A DNA stretch of 64,000 nucleotides from Anaeromyxobacter sp. (GCA_049840735.1 JASGJN010000026.1:64001-128000), one strand, 5' to 3'. Counted from the first letter of the stretch, positions 19,820-35,635 are shown. Notes: a model not told the origin generated them from the sequence alone. Made by a program: numbers and translations.

Positions 19820-21542
19820 CTACTTCTTCTCTTCGTCCTTCAGCCGGTCGTACTCCAGCGGGTGCTCCTCCTTCATCATCTCGAGCGAGATGCGCCCGTG
19901 GATCCACGCCCAGTTCATGGGGAAGATTCGAAGGCTTGAGGTGCACGTTGTAGAAGTGCACCACGAAGAGGAAGGCGATGGCCAGCGTGGCCTCCTCACC
20001 GTGGATGATCTGCGCCACGGTGATGAGCCAGCCCGGGGCCCAGCTGGCGAACCAGACCGGGAACCAGAAGATGAACCCGGTGCCGACCATCATCACGATG
20101 CCCCAGAACACCGCCCAGTAGTCGAACTTCTCCAGGTAGTTGTACTTGTCGAACCGGGGCCGCTCCTTGCGAAGCCCGAGCATGAACAGGATGTTGTCCC
20201 GCATGTCGATGGCGTCCTTTGGGCCGGGCAGCATCGACAGCGGCAGCACCTTCCGCGAGGCCAGCAGCGTCAGGTAGGCCAGGTGGTAGACGGCCGAGAT
20301 GATGATCAGCACCGCGCCCACGCGGTGCCACATGGCCGCGCCGTGCGGCCCGCCGAACAGCGCCAGGATCTCCTTCGAGTAGGGCGCCGCGACGCCGCTG
20401 CCGGCGCCGCGCAGCGGCCAGCCGGTCACGCCCAGCAGGATCACGCCGGAGAGCATGAAGATGTGCTGGACGCGCTGGTGGATGTCGAAGCGCTTGGCGC
20501 TCTTGATCTGCTCGTCGGTGGGCCCGCCGTGACCCTGCTTGCGCGCCAGCCGCACGCGCAGCTCGTAGAAGGTGTCCACCGCCACGTGGAAGACGAAGAA
20601 GAGCAGCGTCAGCGTGGTGAGCCAGGAGAAGGCGATGTGGACGAAGTGCGGGACCTGGCCGCCCATCTCCTGGATGGGCTTGTGGGCCACCAGCGCCGAG
20701 AAGGTGGTGGTCGCGCCGGCGTGGCAGCGGGCGCAGGCCTGCGCGCGGTTCCCGGCGTGGACGATGGAGGCCTCGTCGGTGGGCGGGAGGATGCCGTGCG
20801 AGCCGCCCTGGTCCCTGGGCTGCGCGTGGCAGTTCATGCAGGACGGGGCCACGTTGGAGCCGAGCCGCACCAGCCGGCCGTGGATGGAGTCGAAGTAGGT
20901 GGGGACGGTCTCGGGGTCGAGGCCGGCCTGCTGGGCGAAGGCGGCGTTGCCGTGGCAGGCGATGCAGTTGGCGGCGATGACGCGGCGGTCGGCGGGCACC
21001 TGCTCGCGCTGGCCGGGCTTGGGCTCCCACTTGCCCAGCGCCTGCACGCCGTGGATCACGCCGTGGCAGGAGGTGCAGGTGGGGCCGGCGGTGGGCGTGG
21101 GGCCGCGCAGCCAGGCGCCGTGGATCGAGGCCTTGTAGGCCATCGCCTCGCCGTCGTGGCAGTCGCCGCAGGCCAGGTAGGCGCGCGGGGAGGAGACCTT
21201 CACCTCCACGTCCTTGCCGTCCTCGCCCTTGCGCACCCAGCGGGCGTCGGTCAGCTTCTTCACCAGCGCGGCGGCGTCGGGCGTCAGCGCCGGCGGCTCG
21301 GTCCCGAAGGCGTGCTCGGCCGTGTAGCCCTGGTGGCAGTCGGCGCAGCCGATGCTGTTCGCGGCGTGGACCGACCCGAGGAACTGGGCCTTGTCCACCT
21401 TGGGCGCGTCGTTGTCGCCGTTCTCGTGGCAGTCCAGGCAGGCCTGGACGTCGGCCGGGACCTTCGGCGGCTCGTCGGCGAGGGCGAGGGTGGGCAGCGA
21501 CGCGGACGCGATGAGCGCGAGGGCGAGGCGGAGAGCTCTCAT
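19820..21542 (-). CDS. Multiheme cytochrome c fused to a membrane cytochrome b domain, CbcL-like (apparent +1 frameshift near 19927)
   Basis: Signal peptide; seven CxxCH motifs; b-type module QRVQH, MWHR, KYNYLEKFDYWAVFWG, IHGEEA, VHFYNVH. Correcting GATTC (19925-19929) gives SIFPMNWAW...EEHPLEY. Confidence 0.88.
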
Positions 21543-21557
21543 GGGGGCTCGCCCTGG

Positions 21558-21573
21558 TGCAACGGTCGTGCCC
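21558..21573 (-). promoter_or_regulatory. Candidate sigma-54 (-24/-12) promoter of the cytochrome gene
   Basis: Minus strand GGGCACGaccgTTGCA has exact GG-N10-GC spacing, about 15 nt upstream of the ATG. Confidence 0.5.
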
Positions 21574-21694
21574 CCTGCGGCCGGGGCGCGCAGGGCGCAA
21601 GCGCCTGGAATTCCGGGGGGCCTTAGCCATTTGCCCCACTGCTGATCGCAGAATCTGCGCAGCCGAGGGTCAGGTGCGGTGGGGTTGCGCGCCC

Positions 21695-21738
21695 GCCCTT
21701 CGACTCCGCGAGCCCTGCGGGCCCGCTACGCTCAGGGT
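21695..21738 (-). repeat. REP copy (reverse, end degenerate)
   Basis: gcccttcgactccgcgagccctgcgggcccgctacgctcagggt. Confidence 0.85.
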
Positions 21739-23538
21739 GCGCGGGCGCTCAGGTGCGCCTTGGAAGGCCAGCCCTCTCGCAGGTGGGCCACCCCGGCCGC
21801 GTCCAGGCGCAGGACGGGGTAGAGCCGGTAGCGCTCGTCGAAGGCCGGGTGGCGCCGGTAGAAGAAGTCGAGCCGGGCGTCCGGGTCCTTCGCGAAGGCG
21901 GGGTCCTGGAGCTGCTGCTCGAAGGCGGCCCTGGCCGCGGGGTCGCTGGCCAGCAGCTGGCGCGCGAAGGGCTCGAGCGCGTAGTCCTCGATGTACTCCT
22001 TCCGCTCGAAGCAGGTGTTGAACTCGCCCCAGGCCAGGTAGCTGTCCGGGCTGAGCGGCTCGAGCAGGTAGGCGGCCAGCAGCGCCGCGGGCTGGTCCAC
22101 CGGCACCAGCAGCGCGCCGGCCCCGACCTCGCGCGTCTCGGTGGCCCAGGCGCCGGCGACGGTGGCGGTCTGGTGCCCCTCGTAGCTGTCGGCCCGCAGC
22201 TCGACCTTGGTGGCGCGGAAGGCCTCCACCTCCAGCCGGCCCGGCGCGGTCAGCGGCACGGTGCGCACGCCGTGCAGGGCCAGCCGCGGCCCCAGCCGCC
22301 CGGCGTCGGCCGCGGGGATGAGCCAGCCGCCGGTGGGCAGCGTGACCTTCACCGCCGGCCTGGGCTCATGGGCCAGGGGCACGTTCCAGACCTGCGGGCG
22401 CGCGGGGTCGTAGCGGACCACCGGCCGGCCGAGGGCCTCGGAGGGCTCGAAGGTGTAGGCGTAGCCGCGGAAGGCCAGCGGCCGGGTGACGTCACCTGCC
22501 GTGAACGTCAGGGTCACCTCCTGCCCGCCCAGCCGCGCCTCCTGCGCGTCGGCCTCGGCCATGGCGGCGCGCCAGCGGACGCCGTCGCGCGCGGCGTCGG
22601 CCAGCAGCGCCCGCAGGAAGTCGGCGGTGCTCTTCACGCGCTCGGCGTAGCTGCGCCAGGAGTGGGTCTCGAGCAGGATGCCGATCCGGTGGTGGGCGGC
22701 CCAGTAGGTGTTGGCGAAGCGGGGCGGGGCGGCGCCGTGGGCGAAGCCGGAGGCGGGGTTCCCGTCGTTGCGGAAGGAGGGGTAGAAGTCCACCGGCAGG
22801 TGGCCGTCGGCGGTGAGCTGCTCCACCAGCGAGGCGGTCAGCGCCAGCCCCAGCGGCCGGAGCGAGGGCGCGTAGCCGAAGCGCGGCTCCATGGTGACCG
22901 AGACGTCGTGCTCGAACTGGGCGCCATCGGTGACGTGCAGGTCGGCGAAGACCACCGGATCCCAGGCCAGCAGCAGCCGCACGATGGCCTGCGTCTCGGG
23001 GGCGTCGGCCTTGGTGAAGTCGCGGTTGAGGTTGTGGTTCCGGGCCGTGACGCGCCAGCCCATCTCGCGCGGGCCCTGCTGGTTGGGCCGCTGGTTGGGG
23101 CCGAAGCGCTCGTGCCCGTCCACGTTGAGCACCGGGACGAAGACGGCCGTGACCTTCGTGAGCGGGCCGGCGTCGCGCCGGGCCAGGAGCTCGCGCAGCA
23201 CCAGGAAGCCGGCGTCCTTGCCGTCGATCTCGCCGGCGTGGATGCCGCCCTGGAACAGGACCACCGGGCGCGCCCGGCGCCGGGCGGTGGCGGGGTCGAG
23301 CACGCCGTCGGCGGAGGCGGCCAGCGCGACCATGGGCCGGCCTTCGGGCGTGGTACCGAACGTGAAGCAGCGCGCCCGGCCGGGGAAGGCGGCGGCGTAG
23401 GCGTGGCAGAGCTGGACGGCCTCGGCGTAGCGCCCGGTCTCCGACGAAGCCGGTGCGCTCGGCGGTGGTGCGCAGGTCGGCCGGGGCGGGTGTCGGGGCG
23501 GGTGCGAGCAGGGCCAGGGCCAGCAGGGGCGCGAGCAT
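21732..23538 (-). CDS. Secreted M14 zinc carboxypeptidase (apparent +1 frameshift near 23441)
   Basis: GGIHAGEIDGKD, NVDGHE, NLNRDF and DLHVTDG motifs; signal peptide MLAPLLALALLA lies in the adjacent frame. Confidence 0.87.
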
Positions 23539-23767
23539 GGGGCGGGCATTGTAATGGAGGGCTCGGACCTCGGGCGGCCGGGTCGTGGTCCTCGGGGATG
23601 GGGCCGGCGGCCCGGGCCGTCACGTGTGCAAGGGGCGACAGTGTGCCGCGGGCTGTCGCCAGGTGTGGGCGCGCTGTTTCCCTGGGGGCCAGGGTGGATT
23701 ACGCTGCGCGGGTTGGTCTGAGGCCTCGGGGGCGCCCGGTCACGGGCGCACGGCCAGAAGGGGAGCA

Positions 23768-25126
23768 ATGCGGAGCTGCGGGCAGCTTGCGCTGGCGCTG
23801 ACGTGTGCGCTGCTGCCCGTGGTCGCGTCCGCCCAGGCGGGCGGCGGGGGTGGCGCCGGCGGTGGCGGCCCCTCGGGCGCCTCGGTCCCGCTGGTCCGCA
23901 GCCCGGTGGTCCCCTTCCCGCAGCTCTCGCTCTGGCACGCCTACCGCGGCGCCGAGCGGGCCGCGCTGGAGAAGGTGGTGGCCCGCTACAACGCCCGCCC
24001 GAGCGCCCAGGCCAAGGTGGTCCCGCTGGCCATCGACGCGGAGGGCATGGGCGACCGGATCGCGGCCACGGTCCCGCGCGGCAGCGGCCCGGACCTCTTC
24101 ATCTTCGGCCAGGACCGGCTGGGCGGCTGGGTGGAGGCCGGCGACGTGCTGGAGCCGGCGGATCCCTGGGTAGCGGGCCTGCAGGAGGACTCGCGCGTCA
24201 GCCGGCTCGACGTTCGCACGCGCTTCGACCAGGACGTGGTGGGGGCGCTCACCTACCGCGGCCGGCTCTGGGCCCTGCCGCTCAACGAGAAGGCGGTGGC
24301 GCTGATCTACAACCGCAAGCTGGTCCCGGCGCCGCCGCGCACCAGCGCGGAGATGGTGGCGCTGGCGCGCAAGCTCACCGACCCGGTGGCGGGCCGCTAC
24401 GGGCTGGCCTTCCTCTACTCGAACCTCTACTACGACGCGGCGGTGTTCAACGGCTTCGGCGGCGGCGTGCTGGACGGCCGCGGCGCCCCGGCGCTGGACT
24501 CGCCGGAGAACGTGCGCGCCTTCGAGCTGGTGATGCGCTGGAAGCGCGACGGGGTGATCCCGGCGGAGCTCTCGGCCACGCTCTCGGCCTCGCCGGTGGA
24601 CGAGCGCGCGGCCCGCGCGCTGGTGACCTCGCTCTTCGACGCGGGCAAGGTGGCGATGGTGATCGACGGCCCCTGGCTGCTGGCGGACCTGGGGACGGGC
24701 GTGGACGTCGGCGTGGCGCCGCTGCCGGTGCTGGGGGAGGCGGGCTCGCGGCCGATGCGCCCCTGGGTGACGGTGGAGGGCATCTTCGTCACCGCCCAGT
24801 GCCGCGACAAGGACGCGGCCTTCGACTTCGCCCGCTTCCTGACGGACGTGGAGGCGGCCCGGACGCTGGCGCTGGAGGGGCGGCAGACGCCGGCGGCGCT
24901 GCGGGCCTTCGACGATCCGCGCCTGGCGGGCGACGAGGTGCTGGCGGGCTTCCGCAGGCAGGTGGAGGCGGGGATCCACATGCCCAACGCGCCGGAGATG
25001 ACGCTGGTCTACCCGCCGGCCTCGGTCGCGATCGAGTCGATGATCCGCGGCACGCCGCCCCGCGAGGCCCTGGGCAAGGCCCAGACCGCGGCGCAGCGCG
25101 ACGTCCGGGCGCTGCGGCGGCGCTGA
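23768..25126 (+). CDS. Sugar (maltose/maltodextrin-type) ABC transporter solute-binding protein
   Basis: Signal peptide; GPDLFIFGQDRLGGW, ALIYNRKLVP, MVIDGPW and MPNAPEM resemble MalE/CycB family motifs. Confidence 0.85.
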   Translation: MRSCGQLALALTCALLPVVASAQAGGGGGAGGGGPSGASVPLVRSPVVPFPQLSLWHAYRGAERAALEKVVARYNARPSAQAKVVPLAIDAEGMGDRIAATVPRGSGPDLFIFGQDRLGGWVEAGDVLEPADPWVAGLQEDSRVSRLDVRTRFDQDVVGALTYRGRLWALPLNEKAVALIYNRKLVPAPPRTSAEMVALARKLTDPVAGRYGLAFLYSNLYYDAAVFNGFGGGVLDGRGAPALDSPENVRAFELVMRWKRDGVIPAELSATLSASPVDERAARALVTSLFDAGKVAMVIDGPWLLADLGTGVDVGVAPLPVLGEAGSRPMRPWVTVEGIFVTAQCRDKDAAFDFARFLTDVEAARTLALEGRQTPAALRAFDDPRLAGDEVLAGFRRQVEAGIHMPNAPEMTLVYPPASVAIESMIRGTPPREALGKAQTAAQRDVRALRRR

Positions 25127-25176
25127 GGGGTCGCGTCCTTTCACATTACCCATTCGTCCCTGCAGGGCCCGCGGCT

Positions 25177-25203
25177 CCGTCCGCCCTGGGCCTGTCGAAG
25201 GGC
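25177..25203 (+). repeat. Short form of the REP lacking the inner hairpin
   Basis: ccgtcc-GCCCT-gggcctgtcga-AGGGC. Confidence 0.55.
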
Positions 25204-25382
25204 GAAGGGGACCGGTCGTGGTCCCGCTGGACGTCGTCCCTCCGCGCCTCCGGAACGGCCGCTTCGCTCGACTGGGGCCGCATCCGTCCCCGGACAGCAA
25301 GCCGCTGCGCGCGCCTCGAGGGAAGGACACGCGCAGCGGCCGGGGTGGGCGGCGGCGGGGATTCCGCCGCCCGGGGGTCGCT

Positions 25383-26639
25383 CTAGAACCAGGTCTCGGC
25401 CTGGAGGCCGAACGTGACGCCGCTGGTGTCGTCCGTGAACGTCGGGCCGCCGGTGCTGCCCTTCTGCGCGTCGTTCCAGGAGGCCCAGGTCGCGAAGGCG
25501 CGCAGCTCGGGGCGGGTGAAGAAGGCGCCGGCCGGGCCGGCCGTGGGCATCAGCGTGGGGGCCACGGTGGCCTTGAACATGCTGGTCTTGTCGCCGTTCT
25601 CGGGGATGACCTGGTTGTAGCCGACCTCGACCGCGAGCTTGGCGAAGTCGTTGAAGTGCCAGGCCGGCCGGGCGCCGACGCCCCACTGCTTGTTCACGTT
25701 GGTGCCGTCGTCGTCCTGCTGGTAGGTGCCGACCAGCGCGCCGGAGATGGTGGGCGTGGGCTGGAAGACCAGGTGCTCGATGACGCGGAGCCGCTTCACG
25801 TCGGAGTCGTTGCCGGTCGAGGGGTAGGGGTTCATCCCGTTGGCGTTGCCGGTGGCGTACTGCACGGCCAGCTTGTTGAAGCCGCCGAACAGGTTGGTCT
25901 GCACGTGCTGCACGGTGAACCAGGGGCTGAGCTTCTGCGCGCCCTCGGTCTTCACCTCGGAGGTCTCGCTCAGGTAGGCCAGCATCACGCCGGCCTCGAG
26001 GAAGCCGCCCGGGTTGACCGGCACGCCGGTGATGCGCACGTCCGGGCGCCACACGGCGCGGCGCGGCTCGGAGCCCTCGCCGGCGAAGTCCTTGTTCTGG
26101 AAGACGGCCAGCGAGAGCTTGCCGAAGCCGAGGTCCACGTCCTCGATGCCGCCGCCGAAGCCGGAGACGTCCCAGTAGTAGAAGTCGATGATGTGGACGT
26201 CCTGGCGCTGGTAGTAGCGCTTGCCCACCCAGACGGTGGCGTTCTTGAGCTGCGGCAGGACCACGCCCACCCAGTTCTGGCGCAGCGCGATGGCGTTGCC
26301 GTTGGCGTGGAGGATGTTGTCCTGCGAGTTGCCGGCCAGGCTCTCGTAGTCCTGCTCCTGCGAGGTGGAGTAGGAGAGCATCGCCGAGTACTTGAACTGC
26401 ACGCCCTCCTTGTTCTTGAAGAGCGTCTGGTCGAACTGCAGCTCGCCGTAGGTCTCGCACTCGTTGCCGAGGCGGAACTTGTAGTTGCTGCCCTGGTTGT
26501 TGAAGCAGACCTGCGAGCCGCCGCGGCTGGCGCCGCCGACGCCGGCGCGCAGGTAGCCGTGGAGATCGACCGCCGCGGCCGGGGCGGCGAGCGCCAGCGC
26601 AGCCAGCGCGAGCGCGATGCGGGAGGGGGAAGCCTTCAT
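25383..26639 (-). CDS. lamB: Maltoporin / carbohydrate porin
   Basis: VDLHGYLRAG, FRLGNECETYGE, WVGKRYYQRQDVHIIDFYYWDVSG, RPELRAFAT and terminal FGLQAETWF. Confidence 0.93.
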   Translation of the reverse strand: MKASPSRIALALAALALAAPAAAVDLHGYLRAGVGGASRGGSQVCFNNQGSNYKFRLGNECETYGELQFDQTLFKNKEGVQFKYSAMLSYSTSQEQDYESLAGNSQDNILHANGNAIALRQNWVGVVLPQLKNATVWVGKRYYQRQDVHIIDFYYWDVSGFGGGIEDVDLGFGKLSLAVFQNKDFAGEGSEPRRAVWRPDVRITGVPVNPGGFLEAGVMLAYLSETSEVKTEGAQKLSPWFTVQHVQTNLFGGFNKLAVQYATGNANGMNPYPSTGNDSDVKRLRVIEHLVFQPTPTISGALVGTYQQDDDGTNVNKQWGVGARPAWHFNDFAKLAVEVGYNQVIPENGDKTSMFKATVAPTLMPTAGPAGAFFTRPELRAFATWASWNDAQKGSTGGPTFTDDTSGVTFGLQAETWF

Positions 26640-26821
26640 GCGCAACCTCGTGGCGCCAGGGCGCCGGTGTGAGGGGCCTCGGGCAGGGCTCCGCCTGGTC
26701 GTGCAGGCCTCGTCGCCTGCACGCGGAGCACGCCCGCGGCCATCCGGTGTCCCCGCCGGCTCGAGCGCCGCCGGGGTTGCCATGAAGACGACGGTGTTGA
26801 CGGAGTGTGACTCGAGCGCCG

Positions 26822-27397
26822 CTACTCGATCAGCCCCAGCTCGCGCGCGCGCTCGGCGAGGCGCAGCTTCAGCCGCTCGAAGCGCTTGCGCAGCGTGGCG
26901 GGGTCCGGCGCGCCCTCCGGCTCCAGCACCTGGGCGATCTCGGCCCAGGAGAGCTCCTGGTCGATGCGCAGCGTGAGCAGGGCCTGGTCCTCCGCGGACA
27001 GCTCCTCGCGCAGCTTCTCCAGCCCTTGCCGCTGCTGCTCGCGCCGGAGCACGGTGGCGTTGCGGACCTCCTCCGCGATGCGGGAGGCCTCGCCGGTCAC
27101 CATCCGGCGCACGCGCCTGTTCCAGGCCTGCTTGCGCAGGTCGAGCGCGGTGTTCCAGGCCATGCGGAAGGCCCAGACCCGGAACGAGCTCTCGCCGCGG
27201 AAGGAGTCGAGCCCCTTCCACAGCTTCTCGGCGAACTCGCCGAACGCCTCGGTGGCGTCGCCTTCGTCGCGCAGCACGGTGTGCAGGTAGGCCAGGATGC
27301 GCGGGCCGAAGCCGCGCAGCGCGAAGGTGGCCGCGGCGTCGCGGTCCCCGGCGGCCAGCAGCCTGGTGATCTCGCTGTCGAGCTCCTGCGTGTCCAT
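26822..27397 (-). CDS. ECF-type RNA polymerase sigma factor
   Basis: Region 2 (DATEAF..LWKGLDSFRGESSFRVWAFRMAWNTALD) and region 4 (LSAEDQALLTLR..ELSWAEIAQVL). Confidence 0.88.
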   Translation of the reverse strand: MDTQELDSEITRLLAAGDRDAAATFALRGFGPRILAYLHTVLRDEGDATEAFGEFAEKLWKGLDSFRGESSFRVWAFRMAWNTALDLRKQAWNRRVRRMVTGEASRIAEEVRNATVLRREQQRQGLEKLREELSAEDQALLTLRIDQELSWAEIAQVLEPEGAPDPATLRKRFERLKLRLAERARELGLIE

Positions 27398-27539
27398 GCG
27401 CGCGGCCTCCCGGGGGCGGGCAGGATAGCGGAGCGTGCAGCGGGAGTCAGTCCCTCGGGCCGATGGCGAGTCGACGAGGCGCGCACGCGCGCGTGACCGC
27501 CGGTCCCGCCCCGCACGCTGGCCCAGCCCCCGCGGCACG

Positions 27540-27555
27540 GTGAAAACGGTTTCAC
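27540..27555. promoter_or_regulatory. Candidate LacI-family (cre-like) operator
   Basis: AT-rich near-palindrome GTGAAAACGGTTTCAC matching TGWAANCGNTNWCA in a divergent intergenic region. Confidence 0.55.
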
Positions 27556-27708
27556 GAACGCTGCGGGAGCCAGCTCCCTCCCAGCCCTGGAATTGCACAC
27601 ACGTACCGCGCGCCTGCGCCGCGCCCCCTGGTCCACCGTCCCCTGAACCGGAGCGCCCCGGCCTGCCGGCTGCTTGGTACACTGTCCGGACCGGAGGGCA
27701 GGGCTCGA

Positions 27709-31496
<3,788 letters not shown>

Positions 31497-31691
31497 TTAC
31501 CTGACCTGTTCGCCCGTGCGCGGCGTGCGCCCCCGCGCGCTGCTCCCCCGAAGGTGCTCCCGTCAGGGGCGCCAAGGTGCAAATACTGCCAAACGCTCTG
31601 CTCGGCACCAGTAGGGTCGAGGGACGGCCCTGCGGCCCCCGGCTTCGCTCGCGCCACGCTGCAGCGGGCGCGGCGCGCGCCCAGATGCCAG

Positions 31692-31726
31692 AAAAGGGAA
31701 AGCCCGCCGGATGCCTTTCGGCGGGC
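31692..31726 (-). terminator. Probable intrinsic terminator of the lipoprotein gene
   Basis: Stem GCCCGCCG/CGGCGGGC followed on the minus strand by TTTCCCTTTT. Confidence 0.65.
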
Positions 31727-31752
31727 CCCTCGGCGTCAGCCTCGTCAGCCGG

Positions 31753-32205
31753 CTACTGCGGCTGGATCAGCTTGCACTGGTTGACGTGGTTCTTCGCGGC
31801 GGCGTCGTCGGTCAGCTGGGTCACGCCGACGCGCGCGGCGAACACGCCCATGTGCGCCTCGGTGAGCAGGTAGATGTTCTTGCCGGCCTCGGCGTTCACC
31901 TTGGTGCGCACCTCGTTCTCGGCGTTGACCACCACCTCGTGCTGCCCGGGGGTGAGGGCCGCGACCGCGAAGGTCTTCGAGGCCAGCTGGCCGATGCGGG
32001 CGCCGTCGACGGAGACCGGGAAGGTCACCGCGCCACCCAGCGAGCCGGGGCGGAAGACGTAGACCAGCGCCTTGTCAGCGGGCGTGGTGAAGCTCTTGGC
32101 CTCGAGGTCCTTGTCGGCCGGCGCCATCGGGACCGAGGCACAGCCGGTGAACAGCGCGACCGCGGCGAACAGGACGACCGCCCGGAGGCGGGAGATAGCG
32201 TTCAT
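31753..32205 (-). CDS. DUF2846-like lipoprotein
   Basis: Lipobox FTGC-ASVPMA; AKSF..KALVYVFRP..G and LTPGQHEV pattern. Confidence 0.75.
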   Translation of the reverse strand: MNAISRLRAVVLFAAVALFTGCASVPMAPADKDLEAKSFTTPADKALVYVFRPGSLGGAVTFPVSVDGARIGQLASKTFAVAALTPGQHEVVVNAENEVRTKVNAEAGKNIYLLTEAHMGVFAARVGVTQLTDDAAAKNHVNQCKLIQPQ

Positions 32206-32392
32206 GTGTGGTGCTCCCCGTGGATGGACAAGCGGCACGTCCCCTGGGCGTGCCTGACTGCACCGGAGAGGCTAGCACGCACGGGCGAGCGCCCGACCCC
32301 CGCGGGGTGCGCTTCGGTGTCGCTAGGGAAAACGCGTAGTCCGCGCGCCGGGCGGAGGCTGGAAGCCGCCGAGAACCGGCGCTCCCGGGTGA

Positions 32393-33556
<1,164 letters not shown>

Positions 33557-35635
33557 TCAGGGTGCGGGCGCCTGGGCCCGCGCCGGCTCGGCCCCGGCGC
33601 CGCCCAGGTACCCCCGGATCCAGCCCAGGACCTCGTCGTGGAACACCTTCGCGTTCCGGGGCTTCAGGATCCAGTGATTCTCGTCGGGGAACACCATCAG
33701 GCGGGAGGGAATGCCCCTGCGCTGCAGCGCGGTGTAGGTGGAGATGCCCTGCGTCACCGTCACGCGGAAGTCACGCTCGCCGTGGGTGACGAAGGTGGGG
33801 GTCTTCCAGCGCTCCACGAAGCGGTGCGGCGACCAGCGGGCGTAGGACTCCGGGTTCTGCCAGGGGGTCCCCTTCAGCTCCCACTCGGGGAACCAGAGCT
33901 CCTCGGTGTCGTAGTAGGCGGCCTCCAGGTGGAAGTCGCCGGCGTGGGCCACGAGGCACCGGAACCGGTCGGTGTGGCCGTTGATCCAGTTCACCATGTA
34001 GCCGCCGTAGCTGGCCCCCGCGGCGCACATGCGCTGGCCGTCGGCCACCCCCGCCGCGATGCCGGCGTCCGCCAGCCGCATGATGTCCTGGAAGGGCGTG
34101 CCGCCCCAGTCGTCACGCACTGCGTCGACGTAAGCCTGCCCCCAGCCGGTGGAGCCGCGGGGGTTGGGCAGGATCACCGCCCACCCCTGGGCGGCGTAGA
34201 GCTGCGGGTTCCAGCGGTAGCCCCAGCCGTCGTGCCAGGCGCCCTGCGGGCCGCCGTGGATGAGCACCACCGCTGGGTGGCGCTCGCCCTCCCGGTGGCC
34301 GGGCGGCAGGACCAGCCAGCCGTGGATGTCCTTCCCGTCCTCGCCCGTGGTCGTGAGCGCCCGGACCTCGCCCAGGGCGATGCCGGAGAGGGCCTTCTGG
34401 CCGAAGCTGGTCAGCGGCCGGGCCGCGAGCTCGCCGCCGGCCTTCTCCAGCCGCACCACCTCGGCGGGGGCGCGCATGGAGGAGGCCAGCGCCACCGCCA
34501 CCTTGCCGTCGGCGCTGGTGGAGAGGCCGTCCAGCTCCAGGCCGCGGGTCAGCCGCGCGATGGCGCCGCTGGCCACGTCGAGCTCGTAGAGCTCGCTCCG
34601 CCCGGCGGTCTCGGCCAGGAAGCGGAGCGCCTTGCCGCCGCGGGTCCAGTGCAGCTCGCTGGCGGAGAGGTCGAAGGCGGCCGTCAGGTCCTTCGCGCCG
34701 GAGCCGTCCACCGCCGCCAGCATCACCCGGTGGCGATCCGACTCGTACCCGGCGCGGGCCTGGGAGAGCCAGGCCAGCCGCTTGCCGTCCGGGCTCGGGC
34801 GCGGGGTGCCGTCCCAGCCCGCGCCGCTGGTGAGCTGGCGCAGCGGGCCGCCGGCCACCGGCACGGCGTAGAGGTCGGCGTTGGTGGAGGTGGCCTCGAC
34901 CGCGTCGGTCATGGCCGTCACGTAGAGCGTCCGGCCGTCGGGGCTGAAGGCCAGGTCGGCGCCGCCGCCGCGGTGGCCGGGGGGCACGTCGCGTTCACCC
35001 GGGGTGAGGTCCGTCGCCGGCTTGCCGTCCAGCGGCACCAGCAGCGCGTGGGCGCGCCCGCGGCCGCGCCACTCGTCCCAGTGGCGGAAGAGCAGGCCTG
35101 TGGCCAGGTGCGGCCGCTTCGCGGCCTCGTCCTGCGAGCGCTGGTTGCAGGCCGCGTCGGCCCCGCAGGCCGGATCCACCTCCGCGGTGACCAGGAGCGC
35201 GCGCCCGTCCGGCGCCCAGGCGATGGCGTCCACGCCGCCGGGGAGCCCGGTCACCCGGCGCGCCTCGCCGCCGGCCAGGTCGATCACCCAGGCCTGGCGC
35301 GAGCCGCTGCGTGCCGAGCCGAAGGCGAGCTGCCGGCCGTCGGGTGAGAAGACGGGGCCGGAGACGCGCTCTTCGCCGAAGGTGAGCTGCCGTGCGGGGC
35401 CGCCCGCGGAGGGCACCACGAAGAGCGACGAGAAGAGCCGCTCGCCGTCTTGCGACGCGCGGGCCACCGTGAACGCGACCAGCCGTCCATCCGGGGCAAG
35501 CGCCGGCTCGGCCACCCGCTCGATCGCCAGCAGATCGGTGATGCTCAGCGGGCGGGCTCCGGGCGGAGCGGCCTGCGCGGGTACGGCGGGAGCAGCGAGG
35601 AGGAGGGCCGAAGCGAGCGGGAGCCAGCAGGGCAT
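33557..35635 (-). CDS. S9 family (prolyl oligopeptidase/dipeptidyl peptidase-like) serine peptidase
   Basis: Signal peptide, beta-propeller SPDG repeats, IHGGPQ, GASYGG, HGERDFRV and DENH catalytic motifs. Confidence 0.92.
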   Translation of the reverse strand: MPCWLPLASALLLAAPAVPAQAAPPGARPLSITDLLAIERVAEPALAPDGRLVAFTVARASQDGERLFSSLFVVPSAGGPARQLTFGEERVSGPVFSPDGRQLAFGSARSGSRQAWVIDLAGGEARRVTGLPGGVDAIAWAPDGRALLVTAEVDPACGADAACNQRSQDEAAKRPHLATGLLFRHWDEWRGRGRAHALLVPLDGKPATDLTPGERDVPPGHRGGGADLAFSPDGRTLYVTAMTDAVEATSTNADLYAVPVAGGPLRQLTSGAGWDGTPRPSPDGKRLAWLSQARAGYESDRHRVMLAAVDGSGAKDLTAAFDLSASELHWTRGGKALRFLAETAGRSELYELDVASGAIARLTRGLELDGLSTSADGKVAVALASSMRAPAEVVRLEKAGGELAARPLTSFGQKALSGIALGEVRALTTTGEDGKDIHGWLVLPPGHREGERHPAVVLIHGGPQGAWHDGWGYRWNPQLYAAQGWAVILPNPRGSTGWGQAYVDAVRDDWGGTPFQDIMRLADAGIAAGVADGQRMCAAGASYGGYMVNWINGHTDRFRCLVAHAGDFHLEAAYYDTEELWFPEWELKGTPWQNPESYARWSPHRFVERWKTPTFVTHGERDFRVTVTQGISTYTALQRRGIPSRLMVFPDENHWILKPRNAKVFHDEVLGWIRGYLGGAGAEPARAQAPAP

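Noticed and set aside
19263..21542. Cytochrome-GNAT fusion protein of 759 aa
   Set aside because: Produced by two separate frameshifts; the cytochrome has its own stop at 19820-19822.
31577..31592. Sigma-54 promoter upstream of mreB copy A (TGGCAGTATTTGCA)
   Set aside because: GG to GC spacing is 8 nt rather than the required 10.
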